Source: Balneolales bacterium
Lineage (GTDB): Bacteria; Bacteroidota; Rhodothermia; Balneolales; DATFMH01
Reading direction: 5' to 3'
Assembly: GCA_035266485.1 (NCBI GenBank)
Contig: DATFNI010000181.1
Location: 1 to 42,026, forward strand
DNA length: 42,026 nucleotides
Shown here one piece after another: positions 33,768-42,026 of this stretch. Numbering within the stretch: position 1 is the first letter of the stretch; every line of letters begins with the position of its first letter. The notes below the pieces were generated by a model. It saw only the letters and a list, made by a program, of their open reading frames with translations, ran no database searches and was not told the origin of the DNA. Made by a program: the position numbers and the translations under genes.

Positions 33768-34952
33768 ATGGGCACATTCGAATTTAATCGTATCAATCGT
33801 TTACCCCCCTATGCTTTTGCCGTAACAAATGAGCTGAAGATGCAGGCACGACGGGCGGGCGAGGACATCGTGGATATGAGTATGGGCAACCCCGATCAGC
33901 CTACACCAGAGCCTATTGTCGAAAAACTGATAGAAGCGGTTCATAACAGCCGCAACCACCGATACTCAGTCTCCCGTGGGATCTATAAACTTCGCGTGGC
34001 GATATCAGACTGGTACAAGCGCAGATACGACGTTGACATTGATCCGCAGAGTGAGGCCATCGTCACAATGGGATCAAAAGAAGGCCTTGCTCACCTTGTG
34101 CTCAGTATCATCGATCAGGGAGATATCGTGTTATGTCCGGATCCGACCTATCCCATCCATGCCTATTCGGTCGTCATTGCGGGCGGTGATCTGAGGCGAG
34201 TCCCTTTATTTCAGGGGGATGACTTTTTCGAACGTCTCGAGGAAGCCTACAACCAAAGCTGGCCGCGACCGAAACTGATGATTCTGAATTTCCCACACAA
34301 CCCTACTACTGAGGTTGTAGATCTCGATTTCTTCCAAAAAGTCGTTGATTTTGCGCTGGAAAGGAATGTACTCGTCATTCACGACCTGGCGTACGCCGAT
34401 TTGTGTTTTGATGGCTACCAGGCTCCGAGTATGCTGCAGATACCCGAAGCACGAAAGATTGCCGTGGAAACATTTACACTCTCCAAAAGCTACAATATGC
34501 CGGGATGGCGCGTCGGTTTTTGCGTGGGTAACCAGGATCTGATCGCTGCACTGACCCGTATGAAGAGCTATCTTGATTATGGAATATTTCAGCCCATACA
34601 AATTGCCTCGATCGAGGCCTTAAATAATGGTGATCAATTCCAGGAGGAAGTGACTGAGATCTACAAGGTGCGCCGGGATGTTCTTGTTGACTCATTGAAT
34701 AACATTGGCTGGGAGGTCATCAAACCCAAAGCCACAATGTTTGTATGGGGGAGAATACCTGAACAGTACAGAAAGATGGGCTCCATGGAATTTTCCAAGT
34801 TCCTGCTCAAGGAGGGGAAAGTGGCTGTGTCACCCGGTATTGGATTTGGCAATTATGGCGACGAGCACGTCCGTTTTGCACTAATTGAAAATGAACAGCG
34901 TATTCGGCAGGCGGTCAGGGGAATTAAAAAAGCCTTTGCGAACAATTCGTAG
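33768..34952 (+). CDS. Class I/II PLP-dependent aminotransferase (AspC/AlaT family; possibly aromatic or prephenate aminotransferase given pheA linkage)
   Basis: 394 aa from the ATG at 33768, starting [19 protein letters not shown]. It has MGNPD, NFPHNPT and the PLP-lysine context [14 protein letters not shown]. Confidence 0.85.
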   Translation: MGTFEFNRINRLPPYAFAVTNELKMQARRAGEDIVDMSMGNPDQPTPEPIVEKLIEAVHNSRNHRYSVSRGIYKLRVAISDWYKRRYDVDIDPQSEAIVTMGSKEGLAHLVLSIIDQGDIVLCPDPTYPIHAYSVVIAGGDLRRVPLFQGDDFFERLEEAYNQSWPRPKLMILNFPHNPTTEVVDLDFFQKVVDFALERNVLVIHDLAYADLCFDGYQAPSMLQIPEARKIAVETFTLSKSYNMPGWRVGFCVGNQDLIAALTRMKSYLDYGIFQPIQIASIEALNNGDQFQEEVTEIYKVRRDVLVDSLNNIGWEVIKPKATMFVWGRIPEQYRKMGSMEFSKFLLKEGKVAVSPGIGFGNYGDEHVRFALIENEQRIRQAVRGIKKAFANNS

Positions 34953-35245
34953 GGCTTGTTTCTTTTTTGTAGAGGGTGATCCTACCACGAGTCAAAAAGT
35001 ACCTGATAAATGGAGCTAAAGCTTATGCTTATCTGCTTTCTTATTCCGTCAGCTAAAGCAGACGGCAATCGATATGCATTTATTACTACGGCGACGGGTT
35101 TTGCCAACTGAAGAAGAGAAGAATCTAAGAAATAGGGCCTTCGACCCATTTTCTCCACGAGAAATCCCACGTTAAATAAAAAAGACACCAAAGTCCTTCT
35201 CCCTGTCCATGGAGAGCGGTAACCCTCAAACACACTTCGTTTAAA

Positions 35246-36511
35246 TCACATCACCGGAGCGATGAGCTTGTGAATTTGATCAAGAGACAGGTTTCTCTCT
35301 TCACTTTTCTCCATGTCGCGCAGCGTGAACTCTCCGGTTTCCAGTTCGTTGTCGCCTATGATGATAGAAAACCGGGCATTTTCTCGGTTGGCATCTTTCA
35401 TCTGGGCTTTGATGGATCGTCCGGCATAATCCATGGTGCAGGATAACCCTTTTTGACGAAATTCATGAAGATGTGAGAGAGCCCAGTTTCGCGCCTTCTC
35501 ACCAATGGTCACCAGGTACACATCGACAGCCGGTTCTGAGCCTAATTCGATACCCAGGGCATCACATGCTATGAAGAGCCGTTCGATACCGGCAGCAAAA
35601 CCAACGGCAGGCGTAGATGGACCACCGAGCTCTTCAATCAATAGATCATAGCGACCTCCAGCCCCCAAGGCGTCCTGTCCACCCAAGTCCGGACTGATCA
35701 ATTCGAATGCGGTTTTGGTGTAGTAATCGAGTCCGCGTACCAGCCGGGGATCGACTTCATAAGTAATGCCTAAACCCGCCAAATACCGCTTCACCAGATC
35801 GAAGTGTTCCAGGCATTCTTCATTCAGATAATCGGTAATGACCGGTGCATCTTCAACGATCGGGCGATCCTGTTCTTCCTTCGAATCGAGGATGCGCATC
35901 GGGTTGGTCTCGAAACGTTGCTGCGATACTTTCGATAATTTGGAAAGATTGGGATGCAGATAATCTTGCAGCACTTCTTTATATCTCTGCCGGCTTTCAG
36001 GATCCCCGACAGAATTTATCTTCAAAGTGAAATTGCGAATACCGACTTGCCGGTAAACATCCATCATAAATGCGATGACATCTACGTCGGCTGCCGGGTT
36101 CGGACTTCCGATGATTTCAGCACCAAACTGATGAAACTGGCGTTGACGACCTTTTTGTGGGCGTTCTGCGCGAAACATGGGACCAATATAGAATAATTGC
36201 TGGGTGCCGCCCCGTTGTTTGAGATTATGCTCGATATAAGCCCGGCTGACAGGAGCGGTTCCTTCCGGTCGGAGTACATAATGGTCATCACCGCGATCAA
36301 AGGCGAACATTTCTTTCGAAACGATATCCGTAAGCTGACCGACCCCGCGTGCAATCAGTTCTGTCTGCTCCATGATGGGAGTTCGTATTTCCCGAAAATG
36401 AAACCGCCGGGCGGTGTCCCTGATCAAAAGTTCAAGTTGTTGCCATTTTTCGACCTCGCCAGGTAATATGTCAACCATTCCGGTGTGGGTCGTAAAAAGG
36501 GGTTTTGCCAT
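35246..36511 (-). CDS. hisS: Histidine--tRNA ligase
   Basis: 421 aa with class II motifs YVLRPEGTAP, FRAERPQKGRQRQFHQ and GGGRYD-like GAGGRYD. Confidence 0.95.
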   Translation of the reverse strand: MAKPLFTTHTGMVDILPGEVEKWQQLELLIRDTARRFHFREIRTPIMEQTELIARGVGQLTDIVSKEMFAFDRGDDHYVLRPEGTAPVSRAYIEHNLKQRGGTQQLFYIGPMFRAERPQKGRQRQFHQFGAEIIGSPNPAADVDVIAFMMDVYRQVGIRNFTLKINSVGDPESRQRYKEVLQDYLHPNLSKLSKVSQQRFETNPMRILDSKEEQDRPIVEDAPVITDYLNEECLEHFDLVKRYLAGLGITYEVDPRLVRGLDYYTKTAFELISPDLGGQDALGAGGRYDLLIEELGGPSTPAVGFAAGIERLFIACDALGIELGSEPAVDVYLVTIGEKARNWALSHLHEFRQKGLSCTMDYAGRSIKAQMKDANRENARFSIIIGDNELETGEFTLRDMEKSEERNLSLDQIHKLIAPVM

Positions 36512-36532
36512 GAATCCTGTTTTCTTAGAAAA

Positions 36533-37777
36533 TTATGTTAGCGCTTTAACGATATGAGCAACAATATATTCCTGTTGATCATCTGTTAGTTCGGGATAGA
36601 TTGGAAGAGCAAGCGTTTGTCTACCGGCGGCGGCGGCGTTCGGACAATCGATATCCTGATATCCGAGGTATGCGAAACATTCCTGTTTGTGTAATGGAAC
36701 CGGGTAATAGATGGCATTGCCGATTCTGGCGTCATCCAGTGCTTTTTGAAGTTCATCCCGCCTTTTTGTCCGGATTACATACTGGTGATACACATGTCGT
36801 CCGTCTGTTTCCGGTTTCCCAGTCGTTTCAACTGGTGTCAGGAGTTTATCCGGATTGGCATCGACGGCCTCGTTGATTTCAGAGGCACGCCGGACCTGGT
36901 TATTCAAACGGATTTCTGCTTCTTCGAATAACCGGTTGTACTTCAATGCCTTTTCCCGTCGTGCAGCGTGCCAGTCCTCGAGATGACGCAATTTAACGTT
37001 CAACACGGCAGCCTGAAGGGAATCAAGCCTGCTATTGATGCCGACGACCTTATGATGGTATTTCGGTTTTGATCCGTGAACACGGAGTATCCGAAGTTTC
37101 CCCGCGTAGTCAGCTTTATCCGTGGTAACCAGGCCGCCGTCACCATAACCGCCAAGATTTTTACTTGGGAAGAAGCTGAAGCATCCGAAGTCGCCCATCG
37201 TTCCTGCCATTCTGCCTTTAAACTTTGCACCGATGGCCTGGGCGGCATCTTCAATAAGCCCGACATTGTGTCGCTCGGCGATTTCTGCGAGGTGACTCAT
37301 ATCCGCACACTGCCCGTACAAATGAACCGGCATGATGGCTTTGGTTCGTCCTTTCTGATCATTAAATCGCCTGGAAAGGGGGTGGTCTCCTGCCAGAAAC
37401 TGTTCGACCAAGTTTGGTTTCAGATTATAATCATCCGGGTTAATATCTGTGAATACAGGGATACCACCTATCCTTGCAATGGCGCCCCCGGTTGCAAAAA
37501 AAGTGTATGGAGAAGTCAAAACCAAATCACCCGGTTTTAGATCGATCGCCATCAGTGCCAGCAATAATGCATCGGAACCCGAGGCGCAACCAATTGCACT
37601 GGGGGTGCCGATGTAATCTCCAACCGCTTTTTCAAACCGGTCGACAGCAGGTCCCAGCACAAATGCCTGGCTATCCAATACCTCGTCAATTGCCGCTTTT
37701 ATCTCCTCGCGGATACCCTCGTACTGGGCCTTTAGGTCCAGCAATGGAACTCCATTAATTGTTGATATGTCGTTCAT
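36533..37777 (-). CDS. DegT/DnrJ/EryC1/StrS-family sugar aminotransferase
   Basis: 414 aa with GCASGSDALLLAL, DAAQAIGA and FSFFPSKNLG (PLP lysine). Confidence 0.85.
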   Translation of the reverse strand: MNDISTINGVPLLDLKAQYEGIREEIKAAIDEVLDSQAFVLGPAVDRFEKAVGDYIGTPSAIGCASGSDALLLALMAIDLKPGDLVLTSPYTFFATGGAIARIGGIPVFTDINPDDYNLKPNLVEQFLAGDHPLSRRFNDQKGRTKAIMPVHLYGQCADMSHLAEIAERHNVGLIEDAAQAIGAKFKGRMAGTMGDFGCFSFFPSKNLGGYGDGGLVTTDKADYAGKLRILRVHGSKPKYHHKVVGINSRLDSLQAAVLNVKLRHLEDWHAARREKALKYNRLFEEAEIRLNNQVRRASEINEAVDANPDKLLTPVETTGKPETDGRHVYHQYVIRTKRRDELQKALDDARIGNAIYYPVPLHKQECFAYLGYQDIDCPNAAAAGRQTLALPIYPELTDDQQEYIVAHIVKALT

Positions 37778-37800
37778 GTGATGTAAAATGTGTGCAAACG

Positions 37801-37826
37801 AAAGGCAAACACGGGGAATTGCCTTT
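37801..37826. repeat. REP hairpin (minus orientation)
   Basis: AAAGGCAA ACACGGGGAA TTGCCTTT. Its reverse complement GGCAATTCCCCGTGTTTGCC matches the REPs flanking the RAYT gene at 16 of 20 positions. Confidence 0.6.
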
Positions 37827-37933
37827 CGGGCCTAACAACGACCGCCACAAATATCCGGAATTTTGGATGAAACTAACAGGGGAGGATTAGAAAAGGTGTA
37901 AGGACCGGCTTGTTTTACGATCATATTGTTGTA

Positions 37934-37957
37934 GGGGCAGTTCCCTGTGACTGCCCC
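37934..37957. repeat. REP hairpin (plus orientation)
   Basis: GGGGCAGT TCCCTGTG ACTGCCCC, an 8-bp stem. Confidence 0.7.
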
Positions 37958-37998
37958 AGATGGGTGTATGATATAAAGAGAGTATTACAAGAAGAAGA

Positions 37999-38020
37999 GG
38001 GCAAACATGGGGATTTGCCC
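37999..38020. repeat. REP hairpin (minus orientation), forming an inverted doublet with 37934-37957
   Basis: GGGCAAA CATGGGGA TTTGCCC. It lies 41 nt from the previous REP and 26 nt upstream of the RAYT start. Confidence 0.65.
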
Positions 38021-38046
38021 GTACAAAAGAAGAAAGAGGCGTTCTT

Positions 38047-38607
38047 ATGGTTTATGATCCTGAAAGACACCATCGGCGTTCAATACGCTTGAAGGGATAT
38101 GATTACCGGAGTGGTGGGGCTTATTTCGTGACGATTTGTACACTGAACAGAGAACCAATATTTGGTGAGATACATAATTCAAAAATGATCCTGAATGATT
38201 GGGGTAAAATTATTACTGAAAAATGGATTTGGCTTGAATCACATTTCGAATATGTTACCCATGACGAATGGATCCTAATGCCCAACCATTTGCACGGTAT
38301 CATCGTACGGGGCTTTTTTAACGACGGAGGAGGTAACGTGAATAATGTGGGCAGGGGCGATTCGCGAATCGCCCCTACCGCAAACAAATCAAATCCCCGA
38401 ATTATCAAACCATTGGGTGGAATTATAGGGGCGTTTAAAACCGTATCGACAAAAGAGATCAATATCAGATGGGGAACACCGGGCGTCAGAATATGGCACC
38501 GCAATTATTATGAGCACATCATTCGCAATCAAAAAGAATGGGATTCGATACGCAATTACATACGTTTAAATCCCATGAATTGGACCCGTAGGGGCAATTC
38601 CCTGTGA
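38047..38607 (+). mobile_element. REP-associated tyrosine transposase (RAYT, IS200/IS605 Y1 HUH family)
   Basis: 186 aa. Typical RAYT N-terminus RLKGYDYRSGGAYFVTICT, HUH motif MPNHLHGII and catalytic Tyr region RNYYEHIIRN. The last codons and the stop lie inside a REP. Confidence 0.85.
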
Positions 38608-38619
38608 CTGCCCCTACGG
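38586..38619. repeat. REP hairpin (plus orientation) overlapping the RAYT stop
   Basis: CCGTAGGGGCA ATTCCCTGTGAC TGCCCCTACGG, an 11-bp stem. The core is identical to 37934-57 except for one base. Confidence 0.7.
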
Positions 38620-38696
38620 CGTGAGAAAAGGCACAGGCCTAAAAAAAGAGGTAGTGTTAACCGTTAAAAGGACGAACACAGAGGCTCACCCGTATA

Positions 38697-40118
38697 TTAG
38701 CCTTTTAATATTTTTGGATCGTTTACGAGATCGGCAGTGGCATTGACCAGTTTTTCTGCCTCTTTTTCGTTGTCGCTTTCGGAATAAATACGCAGAACGG
38801 GTTCGGTTCCGGAAGGACGAACGAGTAGCCATGAGCCGTCTTCGAGCCAGTGTTTTACACCATCGGTGAATCCTCGTTTGGTGACTTTTTTGCCGGCTAT
38901 CTCATCTACTTTTTCGTTTTCACACCATTTCATCATGGCGTTTTTCTTTTCATCCGAGGTATGCAGATCATCTCGGTATTGGTAGTGGGTACCAAACTCA
39001 TCGAAGAGTTCCTGAACCAGTTCACTCAGGGACTTACCCTTCTTGACCATCATTTCGGTGATCAGCAGGCCGATGAATATGCCGTCGCGTTCCGGGATGT
39101 GTCCTTTAACAGCCAGACCGCCGGATTCTTCCCCGCCGACCAGTACGTCACCATTTACAATCTTCTCGGCAATATATTTGAATCCAATCGGCGTAATCTG
39201 AAGATCCAGACCGTATTTATCGCCCTGTTTGTCGAGCAAGTCGGTTGTGGAAAACGTTTTGATGATGCTGCCCTTCTCCTTTTTGTCCTGGCTCATATAC
39301 TTGGTCAGCAGAGCAAGCACCAGGTGTGAGTTTACGAAGGCACCCGTTTCATCATAAAGGCCGACACGGTCGGCATCGCCATCATTAGCGATGCCAATAG
39401 CCATCCGGTTGTCCTTGATGTACTTTGAAAGATTCTGGAGGTTTTTCTCGATGGGTTCCGGGGCCTGTCCGTGAAAACCGGGATTGAAATCGGACCTCAG
39501 TTCATGAACCTGGTCTCCCAAAAGCTCTTTAATGACATGCTGGCCTGCACCGAACATAGCGTCATGAGCAATCTTCACTCCTTTACTTTTGATGGCATCC
39601 AGATCGATTCGTTCGCGGATGACATCCATGTACTGTGAGCGGAGGGGAATCTCGCGAATCATGCCATGTTTTAGATACGTATCGTACGACTCAACTTTCA
39701 AAGTGTTATCAAAATTACCATACTCCTTTTCCATCGAGTCGATCTGGGCAGGTGTAGCAGGTCCCCCGAAAGGAGCCTTGATCTTGAAGCCGTTATAGTT
39801 TGGCGGATTATGGCTGGCGGTGATTACGATACCGACTGCATCATATTCGAGTGCTGCCCAGCTGATTGCCGGAGTGGGAGTGATCCGGTCAGCCATTCTT
39901 ACTGAGATATCCATTGCCGCAAAAACGGAGGCAACATGACGGGCAAAGTCGCGGCCTCCAAAACGTCCGTCGTATCCTATGATCACACCATTATTGGTAA
40001 CACTGTCCTTACGAATCCAGCGCGCTGTCGCCTGGGTCACGATACTCAAATTGTCATAGGTGTAGTCTTTAGCAATTACGGCTCTCCAGCCGTCAGTCCC
40101 GAACTTAATGTCTGCCAT
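38697..40118 (-). CDS. Phosphoglucomutase/phosphomannomutase-family phosphohexomutase
   Basis: 473 aa with KFGTDGWR, the active-site loop TASHNPPNYNGFK, the metal loop NDGDADR and GGEESGG. Confidence 0.9.
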   Translation of the reverse strand: MADIKFGTDGWRAVIAKDYTYDNLSIVTQATARWIRKDSVTNNGVIIGYDGRFGGRDFARHVASVFAAMDISVRMADRITPTPAISWAALEYDAVGIVITASHNPPNYNGFKIKAPFGGPATPAQIDSMEKEYGNFDNTLKVESYDTYLKHGMIREIPLRSQYMDVIRERIDLDAIKSKGVKIAHDAMFGAGQHVIKELLGDQVHELRSDFNPGFHGQAPEPIEKNLQNLSKYIKDNRMAIGIANDGDADRVGLYDETGAFVNSHLVLALLTKYMSQDKKEKGSIIKTFSTTDLLDKQGDKYGLDLQITPIGFKYIAEKIVNGDVLVGGEESGGLAVKGHIPERDGIFIGLLITEMMVKKGKSLSELVQELFDEFGTHYQYRDDLHTSDEKKNAMMKWCENEKVDEIAGKKVTKRGFTDGVKHWLEDGSWLLVRPSGTEPVLRIYSESDNEKEAEKLVNATADLVNDPKILKG

Positions 40119-40182
40119 AATGGTGCCCTCTTTTGTCGGTTAATGTTTTTAAATATCTTAATAAAATCTAAAATCACAGCGT

Positions 40183-41229
40183 TCAATCGGCCGGTTCTTT
40201 TTTTTCTGAGTAGTCCACTTTTTTTACAAGCAGCCAGATTCCAAACAAAACAAACGGGATGCTGAGGAGCTGGCCCATTGTGATAGGCCAGTGTGCCGTA
40301 AAATCAGCCTGCCGGACTTTGGTATACTCAATAAGAAATCGACCCGTAAAAACATAAACAAGAAATACGCCCAGAAGCAGGCCCTTCGGAGGAGAGGCCT
40401 TGTAGTGTTTATATATCCACCATAAGATGAAGAATCCAATAAGGTAACAAACCGCCTCGTATAACATGGACGGATGCCGTGGGAAGGCATCTACACGCTC
40501 AAAAACGATGGCCCATGGCACATGGGTTACATGTCCGATAATCTCGGAATTAAAGAAATTTCCAACACGGACAAATGCTCCACCAATTGCAACAGGGATG
40601 ACTACCCGATCAAGTACCCAAAGATACTTCATATCCGGGTACTTACGAACGTAGAGCCAGATAGCGATGAGGATGCCAACCGCGGCACCATGACTAGCCA
40701 GCCCGCCGTGCCAGATTTTTATGATCTCGGATGGATGTGCGAAGTAGTAATCAGGCTGATAAAATAACACATGTCCCAGGCGTGCTCCGATCACCGTGCC
40801 GATCATAATATAGATGAGCAATGAATCCAGGCGTTCCTGTGATTTGCCCGCATCACTGAACATTTTCATTCCAAGATAATAGCCCAGGATAAAGGCAATA
40901 GCCCACATCAATCCGTACCAGTGGATACGGATCGGCCCGAACGCGTGGATGATCCACAAACCAGGAGGAACAGTAAATAACTGGCCTATGATTACGCTGC
41001 CAACGATCAGCCCGATGGTCCAGCTTGCCGGTAGTGCAACCGGTTCAGAGTTTGCCGATTCTTCCGGAAGTTGCTTCAGTTTTTGCTTTTCCAGGTAACT
41101 GTAACCCAGGTAATACAAAACCAAAGCCAGCATGAGTCCTACGACACTAACTGCAAAAGGCAGATGAATCTGGTCGATTTTTAATAATATCGGATTGACA
41201 TCCCACTCGAAATAATTAATAGCCGGCAT
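40183..41229 (-). CDS. lgt: Prolipoprotein diacylglyceryl transferase, copy 1 (long N-terminus)
   Basis: 348-aa polytopic protein with HWYGLMWAIAF, GARLGHVLFY, WHGGLASHGA, GNFFNSEIIG and PRHPSMLYEA. Confidence 0.85.
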   Translation of the reverse strand: MPAINYFEWDVNPILLKIDQIHLPFAVSVVGLMLALVLYYLGYSYLEKQKLKQLPEESANSEPVALPASWTIGLIVGSVIIGQLFTVPPGLWIIHAFGPIRIHWYGLMWAIAFILGYYLGMKMFSDAGKSQERLDSLLIYIMIGTVIGARLGHVLFYQPDYYFAHPSEIIKIWHGGLASHGAAVGILIAIWLYVRKYPDMKYLWVLDRVVIPVAIGGAFVRVGNFFNSEIIGHVTHVPWAIVFERVDAFPRHPSMLYEAVCYLIGFFILWWIYKHYKASPPKGLLLGVFLVYVFTGRFLIEYTKVRQADFTAHWPITMGQLLSIPFVLFGIWLLVKKVDYSEKKEPAD

Positions 41230-41394
41230 TCAGAATCCCATGTATCGGTTTTGAATTCAGTTGACTGAAACCTTATTGCAATTCAGGCTGGATAAGCGCT
41301 TTAAATATTCTGTAAGTTCTTGCCCAATCATATGTTGTTAATTACTGGTACGACGCGAAGAGCAATCTGTACATCATAATTTCTTGTTTCAATT

Positions 41395-42026
41395 CTAGCC
41401 GGTCTTTTGTGGAAATTTGACTTTTTTCACGAGCAGCCAGATTCCAAACAGAACAAAGGGAATACTGAGAAGTTGTCCCATTGTTATAGGCCAGTTGGCC
41501 GTGAAGTCGGCCTGTCTTACTTTCGTATACTCGATCAAAAAACGACCGGCGAACACGTAGACCAGAAAAACACCCAGTAACAAGCCTTCCGGCGGCTTAG
41601 CCTTGTATCGTTTATATATCCACCAAAGGATGAAAAAACCGATCAGGTAACAAAGTGATTCATACAGCATAGAAGGGTGGCGTGGGAGCATATCATCCCT
41701 TTGAAAGATGATGGCCCACGGCACATGTGTTATATGCCCGATGATCTCGGAGTTGAAGAAGTTGCCGATTCGCACAAAGGCGCCGCCGATTGCCACAGGG
41801 ATAACCACGCGGTCGAGTACCCACAGATACTTCATATCCGGATACTTGCGGACGTAGAGCCAGATGGCGATCAGGATGCCGACCGCAGCCCCGTGACTGG
41901 CCAGCCCGCCATGCCAGATCTTTATGATCTCGGAAGGGTGTGCAAAATAATAGTCGGGTTCATAGAAGATTACATGGCCTAGTCGCGCTCCGACCACCGT
42001 ACCAATCATAATATATGTCAGCAAAG
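41395..42026 (-). CDS. lgt: Prolipoprotein diacylglyceryl transferase, copy 2 (5' end lies outside the window)
   Basis: The frame is open to the window edge. The 209 visible residues are about 90 % identical to copy 1, with the same motifs. Confidence 0.85.
   Translation of the reverse strand, partial: LLTYIMIGTVVGARLGHVIFYEPDYYFAHPSEIIKIWHGGLASHGAAVGILIAIWLYVRKYPDMKYLWVLDRVVIPVAIGGAFVRIGNFFNSEIIGHITHVPWAIIFQRDDMLPRHPSMLYESLCYLIGFFILWWIYKRYKAKPPEGLLLGVFLVYVFAGRFLIEYTKVRQADFTANWPITMGQLLSIPFVLFGIWLLVKKVKFPQKTG

Noticed and set aside
35040-35110. Resemblance of GCTTTAGCTGA on the minus strand to a tmRNA tag-coding region ending ..ALAA.
   Set aside because: The region has no tRNA-like acceptor or T-arm sequences (no GGTTCGA..CCA end). 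The frame gives no plausible tag followed by a stop, and no pseudoknot-like context is present.

Overview
This 42-kb chromosomal segment has mid-range GC and few Shine-Dalgarno sites. The gene order looks like an FCB-group bacterium (Bacteroidota, Balneolota or Ignavibacteriota type), but that phylum call is inference only. Most of the window is amino-acid biosynthesis. (1) A nine-gene minus-strand branched-chain operon, ilvB-ilvN-ilvC-cimA-leuA-leuC-leuD-leuB-ilvE (16452 to 5819), has ilvD divergent from it. (2) A seven-gene minus-strand arginine operon, argG-X-argC-argF'-argB-argE-argH (27205 to 19604), uses the N-acyl-ornithine route. X is an uncharacterised P-loop protein. (3) A plus-strand cluster runs aspartokinase-thrB-thrC, a four-helix-bundle gene, pheA, then an aminotransferase. 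The flanks carry the rpsA 3' end, nadA, moxR, an isolated nuoJK pair, an alpha/beta-hydrolase, hisS, a DegT aminotransferase, a RAYT transposase with REP hairpins, a phosphohexomutase and two tandem lgt paralogs. I found no rRNA, tRNA, CRISPR array, phage genes or defence genes. The most interesting signals are non-coding. First, a 29-codon leader ORF with three consecutive Arg codons sits upstream of argG, with a full 1:2 / 2:3 / 3:4 terminator-antiterminator architecture. Second, a small ORF ahead of ilvB ends in a CTA-Leu/Ile codon run, embedded in a four-segment switch whose last helix sequesters the ilvB ribosome-binding site. Third, heptamer and octamer tandem arrays occur as inverted pairs at gene boundaries in the thr/phe cluster. 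One pair brackets the four-helix-bundle gene, and several arrays supply the stop codon of the upstream gene or abut the start codon of the downstream gene. All homology calls come from reading the translations by eye. No database search or folding calculation was run.
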